NCBI GenBank assembly: GCA_002269645.1
Contig: NIVC01000445.1
Location: 310,001 to 374,000 of the forward strand
Length of the DNA stretch: 64,000 nt
Direction of reading: 5' to 3'
From: Macrostomum lignano
Lineage: Eukaryota
Shown here piece after piece: positions 44,861 through 57,383 of this stretch. A model generated the notes under the pieces. That model was not told where the DNA came from and did no database searches. It worked only from the letters and a program-made list of their open reading frames with translations. Both the position numbers and the translations under genes were made by a program. The first letter of the stretch is position 1, and every line of letters begins with the position of its first letter.

Positions 44861-46269
44861 TTTATAGCAATAGGTACTAGCTCCTTCCCCTTCTAGGCCT
44901 ATCTATTTGTAATCATAAGCCAAGGCATAACATAGCTAGCTAGTAATATGGTTGATATTACTAGCATATATACATATGGTCATACATACATATGGTCATA
45001 TATACATATGGTTGACTGGCCTATTGGTTAGCCTGCTCACTGGCCTATTGGTTGGCTTGCTCACTGGCCCACTGCTTAGCCTGCTCATTGGCCCATTGGT
45101 TGGTCTGCTTATTGGCCCATTGCTTAGCTTACTACTTGGCCTACTTACCAGCCCATTGTTTAGTGCACTTACTGGCCTACTGACTAGACCATTAACCAGT
45201 ATGGCATAAGCCCAAGCTATGGCTAAGCACTAGATAATAGATATATGAATAGTTCTTCAGTAAATAATGGAATACAAGTAAAATGCTGCATTAATACTCA
45301 TCCTTGTTCATTAAAAGACATATAGATGCAACTTAAATTGGCAAAACATGATGTACACTAGCATCTTATCTTGATATTTAGATGTGTGGCTTAAATTTTA
45401 GAAGTTCTTGGCCTTTAAGAGCAAGTAAATAGTTTACTAATAAAAGACAGCCAGTAAAACACATTTTGTTACTAAAATCTTGTTACCAACAGAGTAAGAT
45501 CTACAATAGAAGGTTGAAAGTAAAGACATTCATAATTGTGCCAATGAGCAATGTATGTTAGAAATGTTCCATCATTTTAACATGATTGGCAATTTCGTTT
45601 TTTATTCTGGCATGTGCTTAGCATTGTTTCTAATGTGGCACAAAACAACAACAAAATATGCAGCCCCATGTTACAAGGTCACAGTATAATATGACAGCTA
45701 TGTAGTATAGGGGATAATCTAAATAAAAAATCCAATAATAGAAAATCAAAATAATAAATAAATCATAAATAGGAAATATAAAAAGAGCATATATTAATTT
45801 ACTATCAATAAAATATATAATACATTTAGCTCCATAAAAGTTTTTAGATAAATCTAAAACATTTAAATACCAAATTTGCTATTGTCATTGCCAGTTAAAA
45901 TAAATCAATAAATATAAAGCTATTACTTTAAAGTTAAACAAAGGCAGTTTAGCCTAAATCTATTTGGTTAGCAAAGTTAGCAATGTTAACAAATAAAATA
46001 TTTGAGATGTTTTTTAGTCATTAAAAAACAAAAAAATTATGTTGTATACATATATATATATATATATACGAGGCCAACTCCTCCGTTGGCGGAGTAAGGG
46101 GAAGAACTCCCATCGCCAGAATTTCATTTTCTGAAATCCATCAGCTGAATCCAATGACACGAATCCTATCGTCCAAATTCTCTCCAAATCCTCTATTAAC
46201 CCCCCAAAAATCATGTTGTTTTACCTGTTTGCAAAAATTGACTGCCTGCCATTGTCCAGATTGAGACTC

Positions 46270-47845
46270 TCGTCTGTCCCTCTCTCCTCTTTGCTCTCTC
46301 ATCTCTAATCTCTCCTATCTCCTCTCTGCTCTCATCTGCTCGTTTATCAATCATTTCTCATCTCATCTCTTATCTCTCATCTCTACTCTCTTATCTCTCC
46401 TTTCTGCACTCTCATATCTAGACTCTCTTCTTTCTCCTCACTACTTTCTCCTCTACTTTTTCCTCTCTTCTCTTTTATCTCTTCACTCTCCTCTCCTTTA
46501 TCTCCTCTCTGCTCTCTCATCTTTCTACTTTCTCCCCTCTCCTCTCTCCCTTATCCTCTCGCTTCTCTCTCCCCTCATCTTTACTCATTTATCTCTTCTC
46601 TCTCGTCTTTTGGCTCTACTCCCTCCTGTCTCCTCTTTCTCCTCTCTTACCCCTCTCCTCTCTCCTCTCAATTCCCCCATCTCTTCTCTCGCCTTTATTC
46701 TCTTTTTCTTTTCTCTAATCTGCCCTTTTGATTCTCTCTTTTCATGTTCTCTTTCCTCTAATATTTTATTCACTCTTTCCTTTCTCTTTTCTCTATTCCC
46801 TTTCATTTAGCCATTTCATCCTCTCTATGAAACAGATATCATCAAAATCATCTCCGTTAAATACAATCCAGCGTGTATCATCTCCTTCAAGCTACAATCC
46901 ATCATTTAAAAAATATTATCTCTATCAAATTTCAGTCACTCAAGACTATGAAACTGAAGTCTATAAAATATGCTTTTTACTTGTCTGGATATACGTCAAA
47001 AAATTTAAAAAAATCCTCCATAAAACCTCTGAAATATCATAGCATGTTTTCCCTGTTTGCAAAAATTGACTGCCAGGTCCAGACTGAGACTCTCTCCTGT
47101 CTCCTCTCTCCTCTTTGCTCCTTTATCTAATCTCTTCTCTCTGCTCTCATCTCCTCTCTCCTCTCTACTCTTACTTTCTTATCAATCACCTCCCATCTCT
47201 CATCTCTCCTCTCTGCGCTCTTATCTCTTTTTCTTATCTCTATTCTCTCATCTTTTCCCTTTGCTCTCTCATTTCTTTTCTCATCTCTCTCCTGAGTCCT
47301 CTCTCTCTTCTCTTCTCACTTCTCTCTCTCCCGTCTTCTCTCCTGTCTTCTCTCAATTCTCTCTTATCTCTCTTCTTCTCTCCCATCTCTCATCTCTACT
47401 CGCTTATCTATCGCCTCTCCTCTACCCTGCCCTCTCTCTCTCTCTTCTCTTTTCTCTCTCGTCTCTTCTCTCTGCTCTCATTTCTCATACTCCTATTTTC
47501 TCTCTTACCCTCTCCTTTTTCATCTCTCATCTTTCCCCTCTCCTCTCTACCGTCTCCTGTCTCATCTCTCTTCTCTCTTCTCTCTCCTCTGTACTCTCTT
47601 ATCCCTCTCTCCTCCCATCTTTCCTCCCTCCTTTGCTCTCTCATTTTTCCTCTCTCCCCTCCTTTCTTCCCTCTACATTCTCTTCTCTTCGCTCTCCCTC
47701 TTCATCATTCCTGCCTCACTCCCCTCTTCTCTCCCCTCTGTCGTCGACTCGTCTTTAATCTCACAGCTCTCATATCTACTGTCTTTTCCATTATCTTTCT
47801 ATCCTCTCTTCTCCTTGAAATCTCTTCTCTCTACTCTCTTATCTG
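46270..47845. repeat. Two CT-rich low-complexity blocks, each preceded by the same ~60-bp leader (TTTxCCTGTTTGCAAAAATTGACTGCC...CCAGAyTGAGACTCTC at ~46220 and ~47048)
   Basis: Duplicated leader visible; pyrimidine-rich degenerate tracts. Confidence 0.7.
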
Positions 47846-48217
47846 ACGGACTGAAAGCGCCGATAATCAAACCAATTGAAATTTATCACCCGCCTCCTCC
47901 ATTACTGAAATTACTCAAATGATAGCTGGCTTGAATTTGTGTACGCAACCTTCCCCCCCAACTACAATCTTGGCAGAAAGTTTAAAAGTATGGAAATCGT
48001 TTTTTCAATGCTGTGCTTTTTGTTTTCATTTAAAACAAATAACTTATATCCCCAAACTCAGCGTTGCAAGATCTTTCCAGCAATACAAATTCTCTCCTCT
48101 CAAAGCTTAAAACTCAAGGAACAGTTAGCGTTTGAACTTCCCGATTTAAAGCATTGAAGTATCTATCGAGTGTACATTCACTGCCTGCTAGCTAGTAAGA
48201 GGCTCGCAAGTTTATTC

Positions 48218-48255
48218 CAGGGACTACTCAATTCTAGAGAATTGAGTAGTCCCTG
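48218..48255. mobile_element. 38-bp TIR-only hAT-type insertion with a perfect 8-bp target-site duplication
   Basis: CAGGGACTACTCAATTCT-AG-AGAATTGAGTAGTCCCTG (18-bp perfect arms, 2-nt spacer), flanked on both sides by GTTTATTC (48210-48217 and 48256-48263). Confidence 0.8.
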
Positions 48256-49057
48256 GTTTATTCATTGAATTTAGCTGCCCAGCTAAATACAGTCTTGAAA
48301 GACGCCGATAATAAAACCAATTGAATATCGACACAGTCCTTATCTATCTGTTTACACAGTACATTGCTATGTACACTCAGCCCAAACCAACCCCCCTATT
48401 CCGGGGGAATCATTAAATTTTACTTCACCCCCAACACGCGGGGGTTTTATTAGCATTGAACCCAGAACACGCGTCACCCACCCCTCCAATACACAGCGAC
48501 CCGCGGGAGGAGGTTGGGGTGGTTGTTTTTACAATTATGCCACTACCCCTCCACTGGAGAGGCAAAGTGGCCAAAGAAGGTTAAGAAAACAGTTTTCTGC
48601 TTTTTTAACTGACTTAATTTTGGAAATTTCAACATTAAAATAGCCTATTTGTTGCGTAGGAAAATTCTGCATTGATATATGTAAGTCCCGCATTTGAGTT
48701 GCCAGCCGTCTAGGAGGAGATACGCGTTAAACCCGGCCGGTCGATCGATCCACTCAGCTTTAGATATAAGATATAGATATATATATATATCTAAATGCTG
48801 TGCTATGAAATATACATTCATAAGCTATTAATGCATTAGTAAATTTCGAATGCTGTGTATGGCAAAAATGAATGGCCTCAACATCTTAGCTTCTGATTTT
48901 GGATTATTGTGTTTTGACAAATTTAGACACACCAACTTTGATTTTTGCATCTTTTATTGAGACCCCAGGTGGCATATTGGCATCCTATTAAGGGTTCATA
49001 TTAAGCAATTGTTCAAGTATTTTTCTTATTAAATTTTTACATTTGAGGATAAGCAAA

Positions 49058-49330
49058 GGGTAGGAGATTGTAGTCTAGTAGCCTTGGACTTCCACCTGAA
49101 AGGTCAGGGGTTCGATTCCCGATCCTACTGGAACAATGTGTGTCCTTGAACACTTGACAGTTAACTCTGCATTGCTTCAGTTCACCCAGCTGTAAAATGG
49201 GTGCCAGCATTAGCTGGGGTAATTGATGGTGTGTGGCGACTCCCCAGTTGGGCTTAACGCAGCCTTCAGATGCGCCGCGCAATATCTGCGGCTGAGCTGT
49301 CGGTTGCACATCTGGCCATTGGGGCCAGGC
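49058..49330 (+). mobile_element. tRNA-derived SINE with CORE-like central domain (copy 1)
   Basis: B box GGTTCGATTCCC; central GTGTCCTTGAACACTTGACAGTTAACTCTGCATTGCTTCAGTTCACCCAGCTGTAAAATGGG; 3' part shared with the copies at 57384 and 61445. Confidence 0.85.
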
Positions 49331-49397
49331 AAACAGGCAAAAGAACGAGGCCTATATAATTTATATAATCTCCCCGCCACTCCAGCCAAGCTAAAAA

Positions 49398-50303
49398 ATG
49401 CTCGCCTCGCTGCGCCTCTGCAAATCTGTTGCTCGCCTTAGCCAACCAGGCCTCGGCGTGACCGCCCGCGGCTACGGCTCCGCCGCCTCTACTGCGCCTG
49501 TGCCACCCGGCTACACCAGCAAGGAGATGGAGTCTGTCATCTCCAATGGCCAACTGTCCAGCTACCCGCAGGTTGGCCGGCGCGAATGGGTCGGGCACGG
49601 CCGCGGCGGCATGCCCAACTATTTCGACTGCCTCATGTTCCCCTATCCGGCTATCCGCTTCCGCGAATGGGACAGCGCGTACGAGGCGTTGCGACAAAAG
49701 GAGAAAGGCGACTGGAATAATCTGAGCATTGAAGACAAGAAGAAGCTGTATCGGTGAGTAGGCAGCTCAGAGATCATCAGCCCTATAGGGATCGCCCTTA
49801 GACAGCTCAGAGATCATCAGCCCCATAGGAATCGCCCTTAGACAGCTCAGAGATCATCAGCCCCATAAGAATCGCCCCCAGACAGCTCAGAGATCATCAG
49901 CCCCAGCCCCATAAGAATCGCCCCCAGACAGCTCAGAGATCATCAGCCCCAGCCCCATAAGAATCGCCCCCAGACAGCTCAGAGATCAGCCCCATAGGAA
50001 TCGCCCTAAAAAACCCGGTCAACTCCCCGTCTTCACTGCAGCCACTCCTTCCGGTACACCTTTTCCGAGCTGGAGGCTCCCACCGGACGCTGGAAGCTGT
50101 CCATCGGCATTCTCATGCTAGTGTTCAGCGGCGCCTCCCTAACTATGCTCTTCATCAAGAAGGTATTCACCCCTGCCTTCCCGAAAAGCTTCGATGAAGA
50201 ATGGATGATGCGCTCGATGTGGAAGCAGATCATGATCGGATTCAATCCCGTGCAAGGCGTCAGCTCCAAGTGGGACTACGAGAACAACCGGTGGAAGGAG
50301 TAA
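49398..50303 (+). CDS. COX4: Cytochrome c oxidase subunit 4, mitochondrial precursor. Exons 49398-49753 and 50042-50303; 205 aa
   Basis: Arg/Ser-rich transit peptide; GRREWVGHG..YFD..FPYPAIRFRE..ALRQKEKGDWNNLSIEDKKKLYR|HSFRYTFSELEAPTGRWK; single TM helix; SFDEEW...NPVQGVSSKWDYENNRWK. Phase-2 GT-AG intron. Confidence 0.96.
49764..50008. repeat. ~40-45-bp tandem repeat (GACAGCTCAGAGATCATCAGCCCCATAxGAATCGCCC) filling the COX4 intron, ~6 copies
   Basis: Direct observation. Confidence 0.9.
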
Positions 50304-51027
50304 TCTTTGCCATTGTTGTATTGTCCCAATATTGGAAAACAATTATTAATAAATGACCGCTTTAAAATGTACTTTTTAGCCTGGGAAGATTTGGATTGGG
50401 CTAGCTTTCTAAATAATTGCAAAATTAGACTAAAACCCCGTTTCTTAGCTCTACTAACCAATCTGCAATCTGCGCTTAAAATATGAATTTGATACAGTAA
50501 ATTTCTTGTAGTGCGTTTAGATTTTTTAATTTAGAATCCATTTGAAACTCCTCTAACGCTAGTTTGTCGAAGTTTGACAATAAGTTTTTTTTAAGAAAGT
50601 CACTGTAACCAACCACTTTGTTGTGTTGTGCTCTAGCCTATCTCTTTTTTTCTGGTCCTCTTCTGCTTCTATTTAGGTCGTCTATATGAAGTTTTGCTTA
50701 GCTTTAATTAGAATTTCGCATTCACTCGTCCGCACAGGTGCCTCGTGTCCAACTTCAGAAAATTCAAATTAAATAATAATCGCACCACGTGTTCTTAATA
50801 CCTTTCAGCCCCCCCCCGTCTCAATCTGATGCCTACACAAAATAATCAATTATTTAAGATCAAAGAAATATAAACTGATGTGTTCTTGCAGGTCAGCCAT
50901 CTCGTTGATGAAAGTGGGAAAATTAATTATCAGTTCCTTTTATTTGCGAAGTAGCAAGCTTGGAGTTGGACTATTTTTTTTCAAATGATTTTGTTATGAG
51001 CACATAGTTCTTATAGGATGCCTTCTG

Positions 51028-52412
51028 CCGAATTCGGTCATACAGTAGACACTGCAATGATCATTTTCCGAGTTTGGTCATGCAGTGGACACTGCAGTGA
51101 TCATTGTCCGAGTTTGGTCATACAGTAGACACTGCAATGATCATTTTCCGAATTTGGTCATGCAGTGGACACTGCAATGATCATTGTCCGTGTTTGGTCA
51201 TACAGTGGACACTGCAATGATCATTGTCCGAGTTTGGTCATACAGTAGACACTGCAATGATCATTTTCCGAGTTTGGTCATACAGTGGACACTGCAATGA
51301 TCATTGTCCGAGTTTGGTCATGCAGTGGACACTGCAATGATCATTTTCCGAGTTTGGTCATACAGTAGACACTGCAATGATCATTTTCCGAGTTTGGTCA
51401 TGCAGTGGACACTGCAATGATCATTGTCCGAGTTTGGTCATGCAGTGGACACTGCAATGATCATTTTCCGAGTTTGGTCATACAGTAGACACTGCAATGA
51501 TCATTGTCCGAGTTTGGTCATACAGTAGACACTGCAATGATCATTTTCCGAGTTTGGTCATACAGTAGACACTGCAATGATCATTTTCCGAGTTTGGTCA
51601 TGCAGTGGACACTGCAATGATCATTGTCCGAGTTTGGTCATGCAGTGGACACTGCAATGATCATTTTCCGAGTTTGGTCATACAGTAGACACTGCAATGA
51701 TCATTGTCCGAGTTTGGTCATGCAGTGGACACTGCAATGATCATTGTCCGAGTTTGGTCATACAGTAGACACTGCAATGATCATTTTCCGAGTTTGGTCA
51801 TGCAGTGGACACTGCAGTGATCATTGTCCGAGTTTGGTCATGCAGTGGACACTGCAGTGATCATTGTCCGAGTTTGGTCATACAGTAGACACTGCAATGG
51901 CCATTGTCCGAATTCGGTCATACATTCGACACTGCAATGATCATTGTCCGAGTTTGGTCATACGGTGGACACTGCAATGGTCATTGTCCGAGTTTGGTCA
52001 TACAGTGGACACTGCAATGATCATTGTCCAAGTTTGGTCATACAGTGGACACTGCAATGATCATTGTCCGAGTTTGGTCATACAGTAAACACTGCAGTGA
52101 TCATTGTCCGAGTTTGGTCATACAGTGGACACTGCAATGGTCATTGTCCGAGTTTGGTCATACAGTGGACACTGCAATGGTCATTGTCCGAGTTTGGTCA
52201 TACAGTGGACACTGCAATGATCATTGTCCAAGTTTGGTAATACAGTGGACACTGCAATGATCATTGTCCGAGTTTGGTCATACAGTGGACATTGCGTGAT
52301 CATTGTCCGAGTTTGGTCATACGGTGGACACTGCAATGGTCATTGTCCGAGTTTGGTCATACAGTGGACACTGCAATGATCATTGTCCGAGTTTGGTCAT
52401 ACGGTGGACACT
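51028..52412. repeat. 40-bp minisatellite (ACACTGCAATGATCATTGTCCGAGTTTGGTCATACAGTGG)n, ~35 copies
   Basis: Exact 40-bp periodicity; contains the palindrome CAATGATCATTG. Confidence 0.96.
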
Positions 52413-52593
52413 TCAGTAGTTAATTGTCTATAATTAGTCACACTAGTTAGCCACAGATGCAGTATTATTTTTGTAAGCAGAAATCGGTCAATTATTGAAC
52501 AGCAAGCCGCATTAGTTGTTATTCCAGCAAATTCGCGAGCCCACTATCGACCTGTCAATCGCGCCGGCTCACACTCGCACACAGAAGTAGGCG

Positions 52594-55500
52594 ATGTCGG
52601 AGGCCAAGCGAATCCGCCTGGCCGATCCCAGCGAGCTGTCAGCCGCTCCGGCCTCCTCATCCGCTGTTGAATCCGAGCCGTCGCCTCAGCTGCTGGAGCT
52701 AGTTCAGGACTGCACCTGCCCGGTGTGCAAAGAGATCTTCACCGAGCCCGTAGCCCTTGTCGCGTGCGGTCACGCATTCTGCCGGCGTTGCTACGAGAAA
52801 CTGTGTCGAAAATGTGCCACAACCGAGACCGGCATCGGCGGCGGCTTCGCCTTCTTGCTGGCGCCGCCGTCCTCGCTGGCCGCTGAACAGCAGCGCAGGG
52901 TTGCGTGTCCGGTCTGTCGGGTGAAGTTCCGGCCAGGCTCGGACGCTGTTAAACCGGACAGCCAGGCCGAGTGCTTAGTTCGAGCTCTGATGCTGGTGAA
53001 AGCTCCGCAGCAGACTGTCGACGCTTCTTTACCGACACCTGGCGACGTCGATCGCAGCGACGGCTGCTGCTCCGCATCCACCGACTGCTGGCGTCGACGA
53101 GCCGTCCGCTGCACCGACTGCGGAGTGGCCTCCTGCCGGGCCCACCACGAATCCGCGCTGGCCAGCCTGCGGTCCTCCGCCGCCGAGGTGGCTGCCGCCG
53201 GCGCCACTTTCGCTTCGGACGAATCAGCCGGTGTCGGTCCGCTGCGCCGGCTAACCGACATGCGGCTCCGCCTGCCCAACCTCCGGCGAGCCCTGGCCGA
53301 CCGGCTGACGGCTCGTCTAGACGCCTACGAGGCCCGGCTGGAGGATGCCAGCGTCCGGGTTCGCCAGGCCGCCGAGGCCAGCTTGGATCGGCGCCAGCAT
53401 CTGGCCGGCCTGGTCCACCGACTGGAATCGGTCACGGCCGCTGCAGCCGCTGTTGGCGGCGACGCAGTCGATGCTAGCTACGCCGAGATGCTGACGTTGA
53501 AGTCGCGTCTGACCGCCGAACTGGCCGAGGCGCGTTCGCTTCATCCGGCACTGCGGGTGGAAGAGCCCATTGGCTTGGTGAGTTCAGCTAAATAATATGT
53601 TGATGATAGTCTAGAACTCATTCAGACTGTCCCACAGTTTCAAAGCGTGTTGAAAATCGCATTGGATCTACGTCCAAGTATCTTTGAGAATTGCTTCTAA
53701 TCAGCCTTAGAATGGTCTCTCTGATCGGCCCTCAAAACCGCTTTTGAGAAATATCTCTCTAATCGGCCCTCAAAACTGCTTTAAGAATGGACTCTAATCG
53801 GCCCTCAAGTGCTTTGAGAATGGTCTCTGATCGGGCTCAAAACCGCTTTGAGAATGGTCTCTGATCGGCCCTCAAGTGCTTTGAGAATAGTCTCTGATCG
53901 GGCTAAAAACCGCTTTGAGAATAGTCTCTGATCGGCCCTCAAAACCGCTTTGAGAATAGTCTCTGATCGGCCTTCAAAACCGCATTGAGAATGGTGTCCG
54001 ATCGGCCCTCAAAACTGCTTTGAGAATGGTCTGTGATCAGCCCTCAAAACTGCTTTGAGATTGGTCTGTGATCAGCCCTCAAAACTGCTTTGAGAATGGT
54101 CTGTGATCGGCCTTCAAAACTGCTTTGAGAATGGCATCCGATCGGCCTTCAAAACTGCTTTGAGAATGGCATCCGATCGGCCTTAAAAACTGCTTTGAGA
54201 ATGGTATCCGATCGGCCTTCCAAACCGCTTTGAGTATGGTATCCGATCGGCCCTCAGAACCTCTTTGAGAATGGTATCCGATCGGCCTTCAAAACTGCTT
54301 TGAGAATGGTCTCTGATCGGCCCTCAAAACCTCTTTGAGAATGGTCTCTGATCGGCCCTCAGAACCTCTTTGAGAATGGTCTCTGATCGGCCTTCAAAAC
54401 CGCTTTGAGAATGGTATCCGATCGGCCTTCAAAACTGCTTTGAGAATGGTCTCTGATCGGCCCTCAAAACCTCTTTGAGAATGGTCTCTGATCGGCCCTC
54501 AAAACCGCTTTGAGAATGGCATCCGATCGGCCTTCAAAACCTCTTTGAGAATGGTCTCTGATCGGCCCTCAAAACCTCTTTGAGAATGGTCTCTGATCGG
54601 CCTTCAAAACTGCTTTGAGAATGGCATCCGATCGGCCTTCAAAACTGCTTTGAGAATGGCATCCGATCGGCCTTCAAAACCGCTTTGAGAATGGTATCTG
54701 ATCGGCCCTCAAAACCTCTGAGAATGGTATCTGATCGGCCCTCAAAACCTCTGAGAATGGTATCTGATCGGCCCTCAAAACCTCTGAGAATTTTCTCTCT
54801 GACCGGCCCTCTAAATCATTAGCCCAATCAATTATATTCTGTACTGCTATACTCGATGTAGATGGAGTTATGCCCAGAATCAAAAACCAACGTCCCCACC
54901 CCGCCCCGCACAGCAGGAGGACCTCGAGCGCGGCCTGGACGCCTGCCTGGACGAGCTCACAGTTCGCCTGTACGCCCTGCCCTACGAGTCCTTGGCCCGC
55001 GCCTCTACTAGCGGCGCCCCGTTGGCGCCAGTTCGCCTGGCACCGATAGCGCATCACCGAACCAGACCGCGCCGGCCCTGGTGCCTCCGCTTATTGAAGA
55101 ATGTCAGCGGGCTGCGGCTGCTTAACGGCCGGCTAGTCAGATCGTCGGCGGCCTCGGCAGCATCGGCTTCGGCTTCGCCAAGTGTCGAGGACGGCTCCGA
55201 GCCGCTGCCTCAGTCTGGCATTCTGCTGGTGAACTACAGCGGCCCAACTGGCCGGCTTCACATATTTGAAGCTGGGCAGAGAATACGCCGTCTGGGCTGC
55301 CTTCAACTGCAGCCGCCCCGCCTGCCCGGACCCGCTATCGGCCACGGCCGGCGTCGCTGCCGCCCCGGCCGCATCGCCGTCTGCAATAATCGGCAGAGAA
55401 TCTTTGCCACTGACTCGGCCAATAATCGGGTTATGGCGTTTCATGCCACTGGCCGGCTGGTCGCCAGCTTTGGTTGCTATGGCGACTCAGACAACGCCGG

Positions 55501-57269
55501 CGACGACAGTTTATGCCAGGACGACGTTGGCGAGTCGAACGGCGAGCCAAATTTTCAACGCCCTCTAGGATTGTGCGTCGACAACGAAGCGCTGTACGTT
55601 GTTGACAGCGGCAACTGTAGGGTGCAGATCTTCTGCCTGGACAGCGGCTACAGGCGGATCGGCTGCCTGCGGCATCCTGACTTCACTGCCGGCCTGCACA
55701 GCGTGCTCGCCTGCCAGTCTGATCTAGTTGGGTCGGAGTCGGCGTCGGCGCCCGGTTTGGTGGTGTCGGATCGGGACACGGAGCGGCTGTTCCTGTTCGA
55801 TCGGGCTAGCAGGTTGTGGGAGCCGCCTTTTCTTCTGAGCCTTTTTTAGGACCCAGTAGATCCCTCTAGCGACTCTATGGGGCCCTTGTGACTTTTTAGC
55901 GACTCAATTAAACGACTGCAATGCGACGGAGTCGGAGAGCTAGAGCCGAAAAAGTCGACTATAAGTCGTAGTGTTAGCTCAGATACGACCCTGCGACCCC
56001 AGAGTCATGATAGAATCGCCTCAGAGTTCCTTGCGTCGCTCCAGGCCTCAAATAGACTATTAGACGACTTTTTGGCGACTTGGAACCGCTACATCTTGTC
56101 GTTTTTTAGGAGTCGTCTAGAGTCACTTCTTTCCTATTTTACCTGTGTAAAAGGTGTAAAACCTTTACCTGCAAAAACTCTGGGGCGACACAAGTGACTC
56201 TGGGACGCTTCTTTATGTAGCTCCTGACCTCTCAGCCTTGACACCTCAGCAATTGCCTCCCATAAGCCTCAACATCTCAAAGCCCCATTAGCCTTAACAT
56301 CCCAGCAATTCCCCCAGTAAGCCTTGACATCTCAGCAATTCCCCCAGTAAGCCTTGACATCTCAGCAATTCCCCAGTAAGCATTGATGTCTCAGCAATTC
56401 CCCCAGTAAGCCTTGACATCTCAGCAATTCCCCCAGTAAGCCTTGACATCTCAGCAATTCCCCAGTAAGCCTTGACATCTCAGCAATTCCCCCAGTAGCC
56501 TTGACATCTCAGCAATTCCCCCAGTAAGCCTTGACATCTCAGCAATTCCCCAGTAAGCCTTGACATCTCAGCAATTCCCCCATCGCAGTAACAGTTCAGT
56601 ACCACACCGCCTACCTACCTGTACTTAATACATTCCATACTCCTAATTATGGATCTGCTATCGCTAACCATCGCAGAATATCCCCCCCCCAACAGGCGAG
56701 CAATCCGCCACCTGTCAGTGGGCGGCCGGCCGGCCGACCTGAGCTCCGACCGGCACGGCAACGTGTTGGTCAGCCTGGCCGCCAGCCGCCAGGTCAAAGT
56801 GTTCGACCCGCTGCTCACCCGCTGCCTGTACGCCTTCAACTTGGACAGCTGGTCGCCGCCGGTCGGTGCCAGCGAGGAACCGGCGACTGCAACACCAGAA
56901 GCAGCAGCTGCCGACAATCGGAACGGCGAAATCGAAATCGAAGAAGAAGAGGAGGATGAAGATGATGAAGAACAGTACATCGGCGGAGGCTGGGACTCGT
57001 CGCCGGGCTCGGCATCATCGGCCGCCTCGTCGGCATTCTCGCTGTCGGCTGCTCCGCCTCTGCCGTCGGTTGGCGAGTTTCTGTTCTCCGGCATGTCGGA
57101 CGGTCGACGCCGGCGTCGATTTGTTGTCGCCGGATTTGGCGGCGGCGGCGGCGGCGGTGGCATCGGCGGTCCGGGCGACTGCCTGCAGGGCATTGCGCTG
57201 GACCCGTTGACCAGGCGGATCTTCGCCGCCGATGCGAGGCGACAGTGCCTGCTGGCCTATCAGCTGTGA
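52594..57269 (+). CDS. TRIM-NHL-like E3 ligase (RING, B-box-like, coiled coil, NHL repeats). Exons 52594-53577, 54914-55812, 56696-57269; ~818 aa
   Basis: C3HC4 RING CPVCKEIFTEPVALVACGHAFCRRC...CPVCR; B-box-like CC..TDC..AVRCTDCGVASCRAH; helical Ala/Leu/Arg region; NHL-type blades IAVCNNRQRIFATDSANNRVMAF, FQRPLGLCVDNEALYVVDSGNCRVQIF, LVVSDRDTERLFLF, LQGIALDPLTRRIFAADARRQCLLAY. Junctions are GT-AG and phase-compatible (0, 2). Confidence 0.87.
53705..54812. repeat. 35-bp minisatellite (TTTGAGAATGGTCTCTGATCGGCCCTCAAAACCGC)n filling TRIM intron 1
   Basis: About 30 copies with variants. Confidence 0.93.
56225..56582. repeat. ~29-30-bp minisatellite (AGCCTTGACATCTCAGCAATTCCCCCAGTA)n in TRIM intron 2
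   Basis: About 12 copies. Confidence 0.9.
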
Positions 57270-57383
57270 GTTGGCTGGTTAGCCTGAGGGGGGGAATTTA
57301 ACGGTTTGTGTGGGATTTTTGTTGGAATATCCATCCCTATAGATTGATGTTAGTGCTATTAGCTGAACAATTAATCATCAAAA

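Noticed and set aside
46068-46105. Hairpin GCCAAC-TCCTCC-GTTGGC directly after (TA)n as a Helitron or mariner end
   Set aside because: There is no CTRR terminus at the expected spacing, and no matching opposite end was found.
51028-52412. CRISPR-like appearance of the regular 40-, 35-, 77- and 238-bp arrays
   Set aside because: Units are contiguous with no unique spacers, there are no cas genes, and the context is eukaryotic.
52791-57210. Antisense or alternative-frame ORFs over the TRIM, RASL10 and 39683 exons
   Set aside because: They are expected shadows of GC-rich coding sequence and have no independent motifs.
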